Shown here: positions 27,921 to 37,517 of the stretch, in pieces
How positions within the stretch are numbered: the first letter of the stretch is position 1
Layout: each line of letters begins with the position of its first letter
Assembly: GCA_017161655.1 (NCBI GenBank)
Contig: JADFCV010000001.1
Location: 196,945 to 260,944 of the forward strand
DNA length: 64,000 nucleotides
DNA from: Candidatus Sumerlaeota bacterium
GTDB lineage: Bacteria > Sumerlaeota > Sumerlaeia > Sumerlaeales > Sumerlaeaceae
Direction: 5' to 3'
Program-made: the position numbers and the translations under genes
Notes under the pieces: model-generated
Database searches by the model: none
Seen by the model: only the letters and a program-made list of their open reading frames with translations
What the model was told of the DNA's origin: nothing

Positions 27921-29119
27921 CACCTGCCATTCACGATGGTGATATGGCAAACGCGAGTGACCGGAAAGTCATTCGTCACACTCGCATGCTCTTTGTCGCG
28001 AACGCTTTGCAAGCAGATGCTCCAACAAGACTGCTTTTATCGACAGTTTCCCACGTGCATGACCAAGGAGGGGAGTGTTGGTTCTTTTCTTGGTCTCGAG
28101 GAGGAGAGCTGGCTGCACAGATCGAAGCTACCTTGGGACGTCCTCCCGTTGTCCTTGGAGGCAGTGGGCGCGGTGGTTCTATTTCTTCGGCATGGGCATT
28201 TCGCAAAATGGTTGCAACACTGAGACCGCATATTGTGCATGCGATACTCACGCGCCCCGGCATTCTTGTTCCTCCTCTGGCCAAAATGGCTTCACAAGCC
28301 AAGGTCGTCGTGACCCAGCACGGAACTCATGAGTGGGGTGAGGGCAAGCTTCTTCCGCCAACATTGGTCAGAACCGCCTTTCGTGCTTCTGCTTCTTTTA
28401 TGGACGCGATCGTAGCTGTGTCCAAACGGTGCGCGAAAGAGATTGAAAAAGCGGTTCCCAGCCATGCGGACAAAATCTTGGTTATTCCCAATGGCGTCGA
28501 CACTAAGGAATTTTCCCCTGAGAAAAAGCAACTGAGAGAGCAAGTCCTTATCAATCTTTTTGGAGAATCTGCCTCTCCAGACCTCTTTCTTGTCGGAGCT
28601 GCCGGAAACCTTCGCAAGATCAAGGGCTATGATCTGCTGGTTGAGGCAGCAGCCTTGCTCAACTCTCGCAAAAATGTGCGGTTCGTTGTGTGGGGCGATG
28701 GTGAGGAACGGTCCTTTCTTGAGCGACGAATCCAGTCTTTGGGGCTCCAGAATTCTTTCAAGCTGCCTGGACGTGCCCAGAACACAGCCTCATGCCTGGC
28801 AGCCTGCGATTGCTTTGTGCAGCCCTCACGAAGCGAATCGTTTGGGCTTGCGGCGGCCGAGGCTATGGCGTCCGGCGTGCCTGTGGTTGCCACAGCCGTA
28901 GGGGGGCTTGTCGAACTCGTAGAAGATGGGATCACCGGGTTACTTATTCCCCCAGAGTCTCCTCGTGCTCTCGCACTTACGATCCAGTATCTCTTTGATC
29001 AACCTCGGATGCGCGAGGCCATGGGACAGGCTGCGCGAGAGAGAATCTGTCGCCATTTCACGCTGGAACGGATGCAACGTGAATACTTGCAACTCTATCT
29101 CCGGTTGCTTCATGGTTGA
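27917..29119 (+). CDS. Glycosyltransferase family 4
   Basis: IPNGVD, KG, PSRSESFGLAAAEAMASG; ATGA overlap with the upstream regulator. Confidence 0.9.
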   Translation: MTPAIHDGDMANASDRKVIRHTRMLFVANALQADAPTRLLLSTVSHVHDQGGECWFFSWSRGGELAAQIEATLGRPPVVLGGSGRGGSISSAWAFRKMVATLRPHIVHAILTRPGILVPPLAKMASQAKVVVTQHGTHEWGEGKLLPPTLVRTAFRASASFMDAIVAVSKRCAKEIEKAVPSHADKILVIPNGVDTKEFSPEKKQLREQVLINLFGESASPDLFLVGAAGNLRKIKGYDLLVEAAALLNSRKNVRFVVWGDGEERSFLERRIQSLGLQNSFKLPGRAQNTASCLAACDCFVQPSRSESFGLAAAEAMASGVPVVATAVGGLVELVEDGITGLLIPPESPRALALTIQYLFDQPRMREAMGQAARERICRHFTLERMQREYLQLYLRLLHG

Positions 29120-29124
29120 TCGCG

Positions 29125-30135
29125 ATGAGCAAGTTTCTCGTACGCGAAATCGAAATCCACGAGCGCGATTCATGGGATGAGTTTGTCGCCCGTTCGCGGC
29201 AGGGGACTTTGTTTCACACTTCAGGTTGGTGCGAGAGTCTGGTTCGGGCGACTCCTGGGTCACGGGGGGTCATTGTGGGATGTTATGAGGGTCATGAGCT
29301 TGCCGGGGGATGTGTTTTCCTCGAGCGAGAACGTTTCGGTGTGCGCACGGCAGTGACACCATTGCTCACGCCTTATTCCGGTTTCGTACTAGATCGGCCA
29401 GTTTCTGAGAAGTTCTCCGACAACACTTCTCGGGCACATGCAATTCTCGAGTCGCTCTGTGACTATCTGGTAGAGCGGTATCCTTATGTGAACTTGTGTT
29501 TGGCCCCGCAACTGGAAGATATCCGCCCGCTTCAGCAAGCCGGTTTCAGAATCAGTCCCCGTTTTACCTATTACCTAAACTTGCGCCTTTCGGCAGAGGA
29601 GCATTGGCGGCGTTTTGATGGCAGTGTGCGTCGCCAAATTAAAAAAGCAGAGCGGCAAGAGTGGGAAATCTCGTCGCGCTTGCCCCTTGAAATTGCATAC
29701 GAACTCTTTGCGGGAAATTTCATCCGTCGTGGGGAAGCCTGTCCGGTAAGTCGCGATCTCTTTGTTGCTGCCGTCGAACACCGTGGTGTTGCGCTACTTC
29801 GCGAAATCCGTGCTGTGTGGGATGGCAATCGTCTAGCTGGTTTCGTCGTGCTCTTGGGCTTTGCCCGCACGCTTTACTATGCCATAGCCGCTCATGACCC
29901 CGAGTATCTTCCACAGGGAGTGAGTTCATTATTGGTTTGGGAAATTCTAAAGAGTCATTCTGGTGTCGAATGGGACACATTTGATTTCGTGGGCGCGAAC
30001 ATCCCCTCCATTGCACGTTTCAAAGAGAACTTCAATCCCCGTCTTCAGTTGTATTTTCAGGTAGAGTATTATGGGTCGTCTCTCCTGAAACTTGGGAAAG
30101 AGATTCTTGATCGCATCCAGATATCACCTCGCTAG
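29125..30135 (+). CDS. GNAT/FemAB-like protein (Acetyltransf_6 type), probably glycan-modifying
   Basis: WDEFV...[37 protein letters not shown]. Confidence 0.75.
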   Translation: MSKFLVREIEIHERDSWDEFVARSRQGTLFHTSGWCESLVRATPGSRGVIVGCYEGHELAGGCVFLERERFGVRTAVTPLLTPYSGFVLDRPVSEKFSDNTSRAHAILESLCDYLVERYPYVNLCLAPQLEDIRPLQQAGFRISPRFTYYLNLRLSAEEHWRRFDGSVRRQIKKAERQEWEISSRLPLEIAYELFAGNFIRRGEACPVSRDLFVAAVEHRGVALLREIRAVWDGNRLAGFVVLLGFARTLYYAIAAHDPEYLPQGVSSLLVWEILKSHSGVEWDTFDFVGANIPSIARFKENFNPRLQLYFQVEYYGSSLLKLGKEILDRIQISPR

Positions 30136-30661
30136 GCGAGAGCTTCCTGATTAGGCGGGCAGGATTTCCGGCGATCACACAATAACCCTCAGGAAAGCTC
30201 TTCGTAACGACGCTGCCAGCTCCTACAATCGTATGGTCGCCAAGTTCCACACCTGGAAGAATGACAGAGTTCATGCCTACCCAGCAGTAGTTTCCAATCC
30301 GAATAGGGGGCGCCGGAATGTGACGGGCCAAGTCTCGCAGATCGTGATTCGCACTAATCAATCCAACATTTGGCGCAAAAATGCTGTAGTCGCCAATCTC
30401 GATCCCATTAATGGCCTGAATATAGCATCCAGGCATGTCCCCAGGGTATGAGCATTTCCCTAGCTTCACTCGGTCTGGACACACGACGCGCGATGTAAAA
30501 TGGACGGGCCACGGTACGCGCGCGTTGATCCGGAAAACGTACTTAAAGAAGAGGTATTGGCAATATGATCCCACATCTACCAACTCCGGTGCGCCGATCA
30601 GACGGCGAATCACCCTCTTCGCTTTCTGGAACAGGTTTTCCTGCTTTCTGTGATCGTTCAT
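30032..30661 (-). CDS. Hexapeptide-repeat (LbH) sugar O-acyltransferase
   Basis: [27 protein letters not shown]...[10 protein letters not shown]...IAGNPA. The 3' end overlaps the convergent GNAT gene by ~100 nt. Confidence 0.88.
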   Translation of the reverse strand: MNDHRKQENLFQKAKRVIRRLIGAPELVDVGSYCQYLFFKYVFRINARVPWPVHFTSRVVCPDRVKLGKCSYPGDMPGCYIQAINGIEIGDYSIFAPNVGLISANHDLRDLARHIPAPPIRIGNYCWVGMNSVILPGVELGDHTIVGAGSVVTKSFPEGYCVIAGNPARLIRKLSPSEVISGCDQESLSQVSGETTHNTLPENTTEDGD

Positions 30662-30753
30662 AAAGGCGAGATTCGTTTTCTCGAGTGCTGTACTCAGTTG
30701 CTGCTCAACACCGTTGCTTCCATGTGAAACATTGGCCTATACTTAGAATTGTT

Positions 30754-31662
30754 ATGCCCAAGATTTCAATGGTTCAATTACGTGTTGCTTTGCTAACGGC
30801 ACTATGTGTGTGCCATTTGAAGGCTCTCCGTGCACAGGAAATGGCTATCCTGGCAAATGCGCTAGATGTGTGCGCCATAGACACCGGATATTACGTTGCG
30901 TTGGAAGCCCTCGACGACACGTCAGATTCCAATTCGTCTCCTCCCTTCAATTACATTGATGATCAGGGTGGGTCTTACGCCGTGCGGCCATGGGAAGGAC
31001 GTTTCTCGACTTCGCGAATTAGATTCACCACTGCTGTCTTTCCGTGGCGTGGGCCTTACGTCACATACCAGCCCAGCCGAATCTTGCAGTCTGATATTCC
31101 TTATGACCGCGGTTCCCCACTCGATCCTTGGGGAAATCCCTACTATTTCTTTTCTCCACTTGGGCTTTTAAGGGGTGATACTGGCTCTGTGACACTTGAG
31201 CTTTACGGGGATCAATTTGACCGATATACTCTTGTTTCACTGGGGCCAGATGGCGTAAAGAGCAGCGACGATCTCATTTATCAATTTGGCTCTGGCCTGA
31301 CTGTTCGGGCGATTTCAAGCCTTCGGGGACCGGGCGTCGTTCCATTGACTTCTGGACCGAATGCGCGTTTTTCAAAAGATGGCACGAGCTCGCCGCAATA
31401 CCTTGTGGTTCCAGGCACAGTGCTTACTATTCGCGGAGTGAATCTTTTTGACGCCCAAGGTCGAGCAGCAGTGCGCTGGGAGAGCACTGAATTCTCAGAT
31501 GTGCTCAGCACCAACTCGCGTGAAATCGTGGTTCATGTTCCCGAGTCCTTGCAGGGAGCGGGAGCACTCGAGGTCACAACTCCAGCCGGTGAAAAAACAA
31601 ACAGTGTTTACGTGCAGATCACTGCGGTCACTGCTTCGCGCGATTGGATGCTCTACGAATAG
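30754..31662 (+). CDS. Exported protein: GspG-like pseudopilin head, IPT/TIG-like domain and DWMLYE tail
   Basis: LANALD...DTGYY, WRGPY, PLDPWGNPYY, YTLVSLGPDG....DD (GspG head motifs); PGTVLTIRGVNL...IVVHVP...LEVTTPAG..TN (IPT/TIG-like); no GFTLIE leader. Confidence 0.7.
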   Translation: MPKISMVQLRVALLTALCVCHLKALRAQEMAILANALDVCAIDTGYYVALEALDDTSDSNSSPPFNYIDDQGGSYAVRPWEGRFSTSRIRFTTAVFPWRGPYVTYQPSRILQSDIPYDRGSPLDPWGNPYYFFSPLGLLRGDTGSVTLELYGDQFDRYTLVSLGPDGVKSSDDLIYQFGSGLTVRAISSLRGPGVVPLTSGPNARFSKDGTSSPQYLVVPGTVLTIRGVNLFDAQGRAAVRWESTEFSDVLSTNSREIVVHVPESLQGAGALEVTTPAGEKTNSVYVQITAVTASRDWMLYE

Positions 31663-31695
31663 CTAAACGTCGCTGCCCCGATTGCTGTGTCCCTT

Positions 31696-32589
31696 CTACA
31701 AAAATTGGCGAATGATTTCCTCGACGCTCGTACGGTGGGCACTTTTCTTTAGAGCTATTTCTCTGATTTCTCCGATGCGCTCAGCCAGCGTTGGCTCGTG
31801 GCGCACGTGAATGACCCCAAGGGGGAAAAACGATTCACGTCGCGCCTGCAACACCAGTTTGAGCGCGGCTTCATAGTCGGTCGGGTCGTAGTTTTCTGGC
31901 AAGGGACGAGAATGAGCCTTGAAGTATTCTCGATCCATCCCCGCGTTAAACGTGACGCAAGGCGAAAGGCAATTAATGAAACTCATGCCGCGGTGCTGCA
32001 GTCCCAAAAGAAACATTTCAGTCATGTGGTTGGGGTCATGGCTCGCCGTCTGGGCAACAAACGTTGCTCCCATGGTCAGCGCTGCCCAAATAGGATCAAC
32101 TGGCGGCTCAAATGTTCCGTAAGGCGTCGATTTGGTTTTCATGCCTAGCTCACTTGTCGGCGCAGCCTGACCCTTTGTCATCCCGTAGATCTGGTTATCC
32201 ATAAGGATATAAGTCAGATCTACGTTTCGACGCATCGCGTGGAAAAAGTGGTTTCCTCCGATTGCAAGAGCGTCGCCGTCGCCACCCGTTGCAATCACGG
32301 TAATATCTGGTCGTGCAAGCTTCAACCCCGTTGCCACAGCAAGCGCCCGCCCGTGGACCGAATGGAAGCCGTAGGTGTTCATAAAAAAGGGAAAGCGGCT
32401 TGAACACCCGATGCCTGAAACAACAGTGATTTCTTCCTCTGGCCGCCCGTAGCTAATCAAAGCCTTGTCAAGCGCTGCCAACACACTGTAATCGCCGCAT
32501 CCTGCGCACCACGTGGGTCGCTGGCTTCCTCGATAAGTTCTTTTACTGGGTTTGGCTGTGGCTGCTGCACCTGCTGAAACGTCACTCAT
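31696..32589 (-). CDS. korB: 2-oxoacid:ferredoxin oxidoreductase, beta subunit
   Basis: PTWCAGCGD, SGIGCSSR, HGRA, GGDGD, DNQIYGMTKGQ, SPCVTFN. Confidence 0.93.
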   Translation of the reverse strand: MSDVSAGAAATAKPSKRTYRGSQRPTWCAGCGDYSVLAALDKALISYGRPEEEITVVSGIGCSSRFPFFMNTYGFHSVHGRALAVATGLKLARPDITVIATGGDGDALAIGGNHFFHAMRRNVDLTYILMDNQIYGMTKGQAAPTSELGMKTKSTPYGTFEPPVDPIWAALTMGATFVAQTASHDPNHMTEMFLLGLQHRGMSFINCLSPCVTFNAGMDREYFKAHSRPLPENYDPTDYEAALKLVLQARRESFFPLGVIHVRHEPTLAERIGEIREIALKKSAHRTSVEEIIRQFL

Positions 32590-34373
32590 TTGGACACCTC
32601 CTGGTGGCGCTGGTTCAGATACTCAAAAACACCTGCGCGAATCTCTGCCGGTGAGAAAGGTAATCCGTCATCTTTGGTGATGCTCACCACTTCGATGTTA
32701 TTCTCCAGTAGCTCCTTTGTGAAATGTGCTCGAAGCATTTCAGCAAACTGAGCTGTGGCATTGAGCTCTGGGATAAACAAGGTGCGGATCCCGCTTGCGA
32801 GAAAACTGCGAATCGCTACTGTCGGCATTGGCCACAGCACGTGGGGGAGTAGAGCCCGGAACTTGAGTCCCTCACTTTCGAGTTCGCGAATCGTCTCAAG
32901 GGCAACCGGAGCGGTTGCGCCCCAACTCATGAGGCCAAGGTGCGTTTCTGCGCCGCTATCGTACTTAAATGTTGTTCCACGGAAAGCTTTCGCAATCGCT
33001 TCCATTCGCTTCAAGCGCCGTGCCACCATTCGGCTCCTCATCGCTGGAGCAAAATCGGGATCTCCAAATTCGTTATGCTCCAGCCCGCCGCAACGATACA
33101 TCCCTTGAGGAATGCCAGGGATCGCGCGGGGGACAGGCATTCCATCTTCGGTCTCCGGATAACGTTTGAAAGGATGAGGACCTGTCTCGGGGTTCCAGAA
33201 TTTTTCTTCGAAGATTTCAAGCTTCTCAAAATCTGGTGGCTCGATGGTTTGCATGCGATGGCTGAGTGACTGGCTCGACAGCACAATCACTGGAATCTGA
33301 AATTTGTGAGCAATGTTAACTGCTTTGATGGTTTGAGTGAAACAATCCGCCACCGTCTGAGGAGCTATGACAACCCGTGGAATTTCTCCATGTGAGCCGT
33401 AGGCAGCCAAAACGAGATCGCCCTGTGCCTCTTTTGTCGGCATGCCTGTCGATGGCCCAGCACGCTGGACATCGACCACCACGACTGGTAATTCGGCCAT
33501 TCCTGCCAAGCCAAGTAATTCGATCATAAGCGACAGTCCAGGGCCGCTTGTGGCGGTCATAGATTTCACACCACCGTAGGCAGCTCCGATGCACATCGCC
33601 AACGAGGCAATCTCGTCTTCTGCTTGAATCATGAGGCCACCTACTTTGGGAAGCTGGCCGGCGAGCCATTCCATAATCTCACTTGCTGGTGTTATCGGAT
33701 ACCCTGCGAAGAAGCGAACGCCAGCCGTGAGTGCACCCAGTGCAACCGCTTCGTTGCCCGACAAGAGCAGTCGGGCTGTAGTGTCGGCGGGAGGGAAAAA
33801 ACGATCATCAAGAAGTTGCCTGTGCTTTTGGCCCTCCTCGTATCCTCCGCGCAGGGCATTGCGGTTTGCTTCAGCTACGTCTGCGCCTTTTGAGGCGAAA
33901 AGCTCATCAACCGACTTCTCTGCTGTTTCCAAATCCAAATTCAGTAGACCGAGCAGAACGCCAGTTGCTGCAATGTTTTTGCTTCGTGCCGTTCCTGCCT
34001 CGCCTTCGGCGATTTCTTTAAAATCAACCTCCAAGGTCCTGGCATGGCGAGGAATCTCTTCGCACGTTCCGCCAAACGGTGGATGGATAATCAGAGCACC
34101 GTTGGGTACTTTCGGTGCATTGTCCGCAACAGCCTGTCTGTTGAGAGCAACCAGGATGTCGGGCTCGTTACCCTGGGATAGAAGCGGTGCGTTAGAAACT
34201 CGTGCCTGGAATGTGACTTGTCCGCCGCGAACCACCGCAAGAAACGTGCTAAAGGTGTAAACTTGATAACCCAGCCGTGCTGCAACACGCGAAAAAAGCT
34301 TTCCCATCGAGATGATTCCGTCGCCGGAATCTCCCTCAAAACGTATCGTAAGACTTTGCTGACTATCGGACAC
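32586..34373 (-). CDS. korA: 2-oxoacid:ferredoxin oxidoreductase, alpha subunit (gamma-alpha fused)
   Basis: GDSGDG, VRGG, GNEA, YPITP, QAEDEIA, TATSGPG, QRAGPSTGMPT. Confidence 0.93.
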   Translation of the reverse strand: MSDSQQSLTIRFEGDSGDGIISMGKLFSRVAARLGYQVYTFSTFLAVVRGGQVTFQARVSNAPLLSQGNEPDILVALNRQAVADNAPKVPNGALIIHPPFGGTCEEIPRHARTLEVDFKEIAEGEAGTARSKNIAATGVLLGLLNLDLETAEKSVDELFASKGADVAEANRNALRGGYEEGQKHRQLLDDRFFPPADTTARLLLSGNEAVALGALTAGVRFFAGYPITPASEIMEWLAGQLPKVGGLMIQAEDEIASLAMCIGAAYGGVKSMTATSGPGLSLMIELLGLAGMAELPVVVVDVQRAGPSTGMPTKEAQGDLVLAAYGSHGEIPRVVIAPQTVADCFTQTIKAVNIAHKFQIPVIVLSSQSLSHRMQTIEPPDFEKLEIFEEKFWNPETGPHPFKRYPETEDGMPVPRAIPGIPQGMYRCGGLEHNEFGDPDFAPAMRSRMVARRLKRMEAIAKAFRGTTFKYDSGAETHLGLMSWGATAPVALETIRELESEGLKFRALLPHVLWPMPTVAIRSFLASGIRTLFIPELNATAQFAEMLRAHFTKELLENNIEVVSITKDDGLPFSPAEIRAGVFEYLNQRHQEVSK

Positions 34374-34607
34374 TGGTCGCGACTCCGTTCTCGTGGACTC
34401 CGTTTAGCATTGAAAAAGGCGCCACTAATCTCTTCCATTCTTCATAGGAAAGCACGTGTCCGGCAAATCAAGCGCTGATTTAGACCAATTGGTCATCATT
34501 GTTGGAACGCTTTTTCTGCAGGAAGTGGCTATGTTTCTTGTTTTTTGTGGAGGGCTTGGAGTAAGGCTTATGTTCACTGAGAAACAGGAAAGGCGGGAGT
34601 TTCTAGA

Positions 34608-35177
34608 ATGACTTCACCGCTGCTAGCTTTCACCGGTTTTGCATTGCAGCTTCTTTCTCTCAGCATCTGGATAGGCGGCCTCGTGTTTTTTGCATTTGTG
34701 GCGTCGCGGCTGGCTTTCCGGGTTATGAATGATCGCGGCGTCGCAGGTGACTACGTTGCAGCCTGTCTCCGCCGTTTTCAGGGGACGGAAGTTACTTGCG
34801 CATTGCTGACACTTTGCGGTGCAGGCTTTTTGTATGTTGCCCAGGTCCCAAGTCCCGCCCTGTGGCTTGATGTTTCATTGGCTCTTCTGATGTTTGTCAT
34901 TTTTGCTGTTTATGGGGGAATTCTCTTCCCAAAGGTTGATTCGCTTCGGCTCGAGATTCGTGATGCAGAACTCTACGGTCGGGAGATTGAGCCTGCTATC
35001 GTGCAGAGTTTTCATGAGTTGCATACTTGGCACGCCAGGCTCATGGGACTTAACATGATGCTGGGTGTGGGAATGTTGCTCGTGCTCACGTTTCTAGCCA
35101 TGAAATGCGGACAAGGTCAGAGTGTCGAAGCGTTCGATGCTTCACTGTTTGGGGGGACTTTCGCGCAGTGGCCGTAA
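34608..35177 (+). CDS. Four-TM membrane protein, DUF4149/TMEM205-like
   Basis: IWIGG..FFAFVA...AF, four hydrophobic helices, F..LH near the C-terminus. Confidence 0.7.
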   Translation: MTSPLLAFTGFALQLLSLSIWIGGLVFFAFVASRLAFRVMNDRGVAGDYVAACLRRFQGTEVTCALLTLCGAGFLYVAQVPSPALWLDVSLALLMFVIFAVYGGILFPKVDSLRLEIRDAELYGREIEPAIVQSFHELHTWHARLMGLNMMLGVGMLLVLTFLAMKCGQGQSVEAFDASLFGGTFAQWP

Positions 35178-35854
35178 TTCGAGCCGAGAAACTTGTCAAA
35201 GAGTACATAACGAAATCAGGAGTCACGCGGGTTCTAGACGGGGTAGAACTAACGCTGGAGCAGGGTGAAATCCTTGCCGTCGTCGGCCACAGTGGATGCG
35301 GCAAGACTACGCTCCTTAATCTCCTTGGTGGGTTGGATCAGCCAACGGCTGGTTCCATTTACTTTAAAGATGTTGCCCTGGGGCATCTCACCGACGCCGA
35401 ATTGGCAGCCTATCGAAACAAGCACGTGGGCTACCTTTTTCAGTCGTATCTTCTTCAGCCGCGTCGTCGAGCTTTAGAGAATGTCTTACTGCCGTTGCTC
35501 CTTGCTGGGGTATCTCTGCGTGAAGCACGCAGGCGAGCTCTTCAAGCACTGGACGAAGTCGGCTTGCTCGAATACGCGGGCGCGAAGGTTTCGGAATTGT
35601 CTGGAGGACAACGACAGCGTGTGGCCCTGGCGCGTGCCATTGTGAACCGGCCGGAAATACTTCTCGTTGATGAGCCTACGGGGAATCTTGACACACGCAC
35701 CAGTCTCGAAGTTTTTGAATTGCTGCTAAACTATAACAGCCGTGAAAAAGCCACCCTTGTCATCGTAACGCATGACCCACTGGTCGAAAAGTTTCGTTTG
35801 CCTCTAGCAACCATCACGGAAGGAAAACTTGTCCCTCATACGGGACGCGTTTGA
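35168..35854 (+). CDS. ABC transporter ATP-binding protein (LolD/MacB-like)
   Basis: GHSGCGKT, LSGGQRQRVA, LVDEPTGNLD, VTHD; no permease adjacent. Confidence 0.9.
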   Translation: MAVIRAEKLVKEYITKSGVTRVLDGVELTLEQGEILAVVGHSGCGKTTLLNLLGGLDQPTAGSIYFKDVALGHLTDAELAAYRNKHVGYLFQSYLLQPRRRALENVLLPLLLAGVSLREARRRALQALDEVGLLEYAGAKVSELSGGQRQRVALARAIVNRPEILLVDEPTGNLDTRTSLEVFELLLNYNSREKATLVIVTHDPLVEKFRLPLATITEGKLVPHTGRV

Positions 35855-35866
35855 GAGAAAACCGCC

Positions 35867-37483
35867 ATGTTCGATATCCTCATCCGCAATGCTACTATTG
35901 TTGACGGGACAGGCAGTGATCCCTTTGTGGGGCACATTGGGATCACAGGTGAAAAAATCGCTGCAGTCTTGCACCGCGACGAGCGTGGGTCACTTACTAC
36001 TTTTGAGAGTGCACGCGAGATCATAGATGCCGCCGGCCTTCTTGCCATGCCGGGGTTTGTGGATGTGCACGGCCACAGTGATTTCAACCTCCTCGTTTGT
36101 CCCTCGGGCGACTCTAAGCTTCGGCAGGGAATCACCACAGAAATCATTGGCAATTGCGGCGAAAGCGCGTTCCCACTCTTCGGCCCTTATCGCGAGAGTG
36201 TCTTGGTAGAACTGAAATGGCTGGGCATTGAGCCCCGCTGGCGCACTGCCGAGCAGTATTTCACGTTTCTTGACGCAATAAAACCCTCATATAATGTGGC
36301 GAGTTTCGTGGGGCATAACTCGGTGCGTGCGGCGGTTGTCGGCTACAGCGATGAGAGGCCGACAGACCAGCAACTGCAGCAAATGAGAAATGAGGTCCGG
36401 ATTGCCATGGAGGCAGGAGCCATTGGCTTTACCACAGGACTGGTTTATCCGCCGGGGATGTTCGCAGAAACAGAGGAGCTTGCCATTCTTCAGAAGGAGG
36501 CCGCAATTCACGGCGGCTGCTATGCCTCCCATGTGCGCAGCGAGGGCGATCTTCTTCTTCAGGCTGCTGATGAATTTTTAGAAGTCATCTCGTCGACAGA
36601 CAGTCGGGGGCAATTCAGTCATCTTAAAGCTTCTGGGCCCAGGAACTGGGGCAAAGTTGTTCATGTTCTTAGCGCGCTAGAAGATGCGATTGCACGTGGG
36701 GCAAATATCTGGTGGGACAAGTACCCCTATGTTGCTTCCAGTACATCGTTGGCGTCGCTCTTGCCAGCTTGGGTACTTGCGGGAGGAACTGATCCAGCGC
36801 TCAGCCGATTGCGTGACCCGTCTGATCGCGACTCAATTCTAAACGACGTTGAGGAGAACAACGAGGGTAAGGATGGATGGGATTCCGTTCTGATCGTTGA
36901 CGCTGGATGCGACGAATATCGTGAGATCCAGGGGGAGTCGCTCGGCGCAGCCGCACGCCAACTGGGAATGAGTCCCCGCGACTTGTTCATTGAGCTTCTC
37001 TGCACGAGCCGTCTTCGAACTGCGATATGCAATTTCACGATGAACTGGGAAGAAACCGATCTTGTGATTCTGCATCCTCGCGGGATGGTGTGCACGGACT
37101 CAGCTTGCCGTGCGCCAAGCGGCGTTCTCTCGCGCGACTGTCCGCATCCAAGAGCGTATGGCTCCTTTGGTGCTTTTTTCCGTCGTTATGTAAAAGAACT
37201 CGGGAAACTCACTCTTTCCCAGGCTGTTCAAAAAGTCACCTCGCTGCCATGCTCAATCTTTGGGCTAAAGAGTCGAGGTGAATTGCGCCCCGGATACTAC
37301 GCCGACATCCTTCTCCTTCGCTGGGAAGAATTTCGTGATGCGGCAGACTTTACAGCTCCTCACCAGTTTTGTCCTGGCATCGAGACCATCATTGTGAACG
37401 GCACCGTCTCAGTGCGGCAAGGGGTGAGCACTAATCGCCGAGGGGGTCGCGTGCTGCGCAGGAGTGGAGATAGGATTGAATAG
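35867..37483 (+). CDS. N-acyl-D-amino-acid deacylase (amidohydrolase)
   Basis: PGFVDVHGHSD, GITTEIIGNCG, SHVRSE, SHLK, HPRAYGSF. Confidence 0.9.
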   Translation: MFDILIRNATIVDGTGSDPFVGHIGITGEKIAAVLHRDERGSLTTFESAREIIDAAGLLAMPGFVDVHGHSDFNLLVCPSGDSKLRQGITTEIIGNCGESAFPLFGPYRESVLVELKWLGIEPRWRTAEQYFTFLDAIKPSYNVASFVGHNSVRAAVVGYSDERPTDQQLQQMRNEVRIAMEAGAIGFTTGLVYPPGMFAETEELAILQKEAAIHGGCYASHVRSEGDLLLQAADEFLEVISSTDSRGQFSHLKASGPRNWGKVVHVLSALEDAIARGANIWWDKYPYVASSTSLASLLPAWVLAGGTDPALSRLRDPSDRDSILNDVEENNEGKDGWDSVLIVDAGCDEYREIQGESLGAAARQLGMSPRDLFIELLCTSRLRTAICNFTMNWEETDLVILHPRGMVCTDSACRAPSGVLSRDCPHPRAYGSFGAFFRRYVKELGKLTLSQAVQKVTSLPCSIFGLKSRGELRPGYYADILLLRWEEFRDAADFTAPHQFCPGIETIIVNGTVSVRQGVSTNRRGGRVLRRSGDRIE

Positions 37484-37517
37484 AGAGTCCGCGCTCAGCA
37501 AGCTCTCAAAACCTTTG

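Noticed and set aside
34400..34520. Sigma-54 promoters (TGGCGC... on minus, TGGAAC... on plus)
   Set aside because: The GG-to-GC spacing is 2-3 nt off the required GG-N10-GC.
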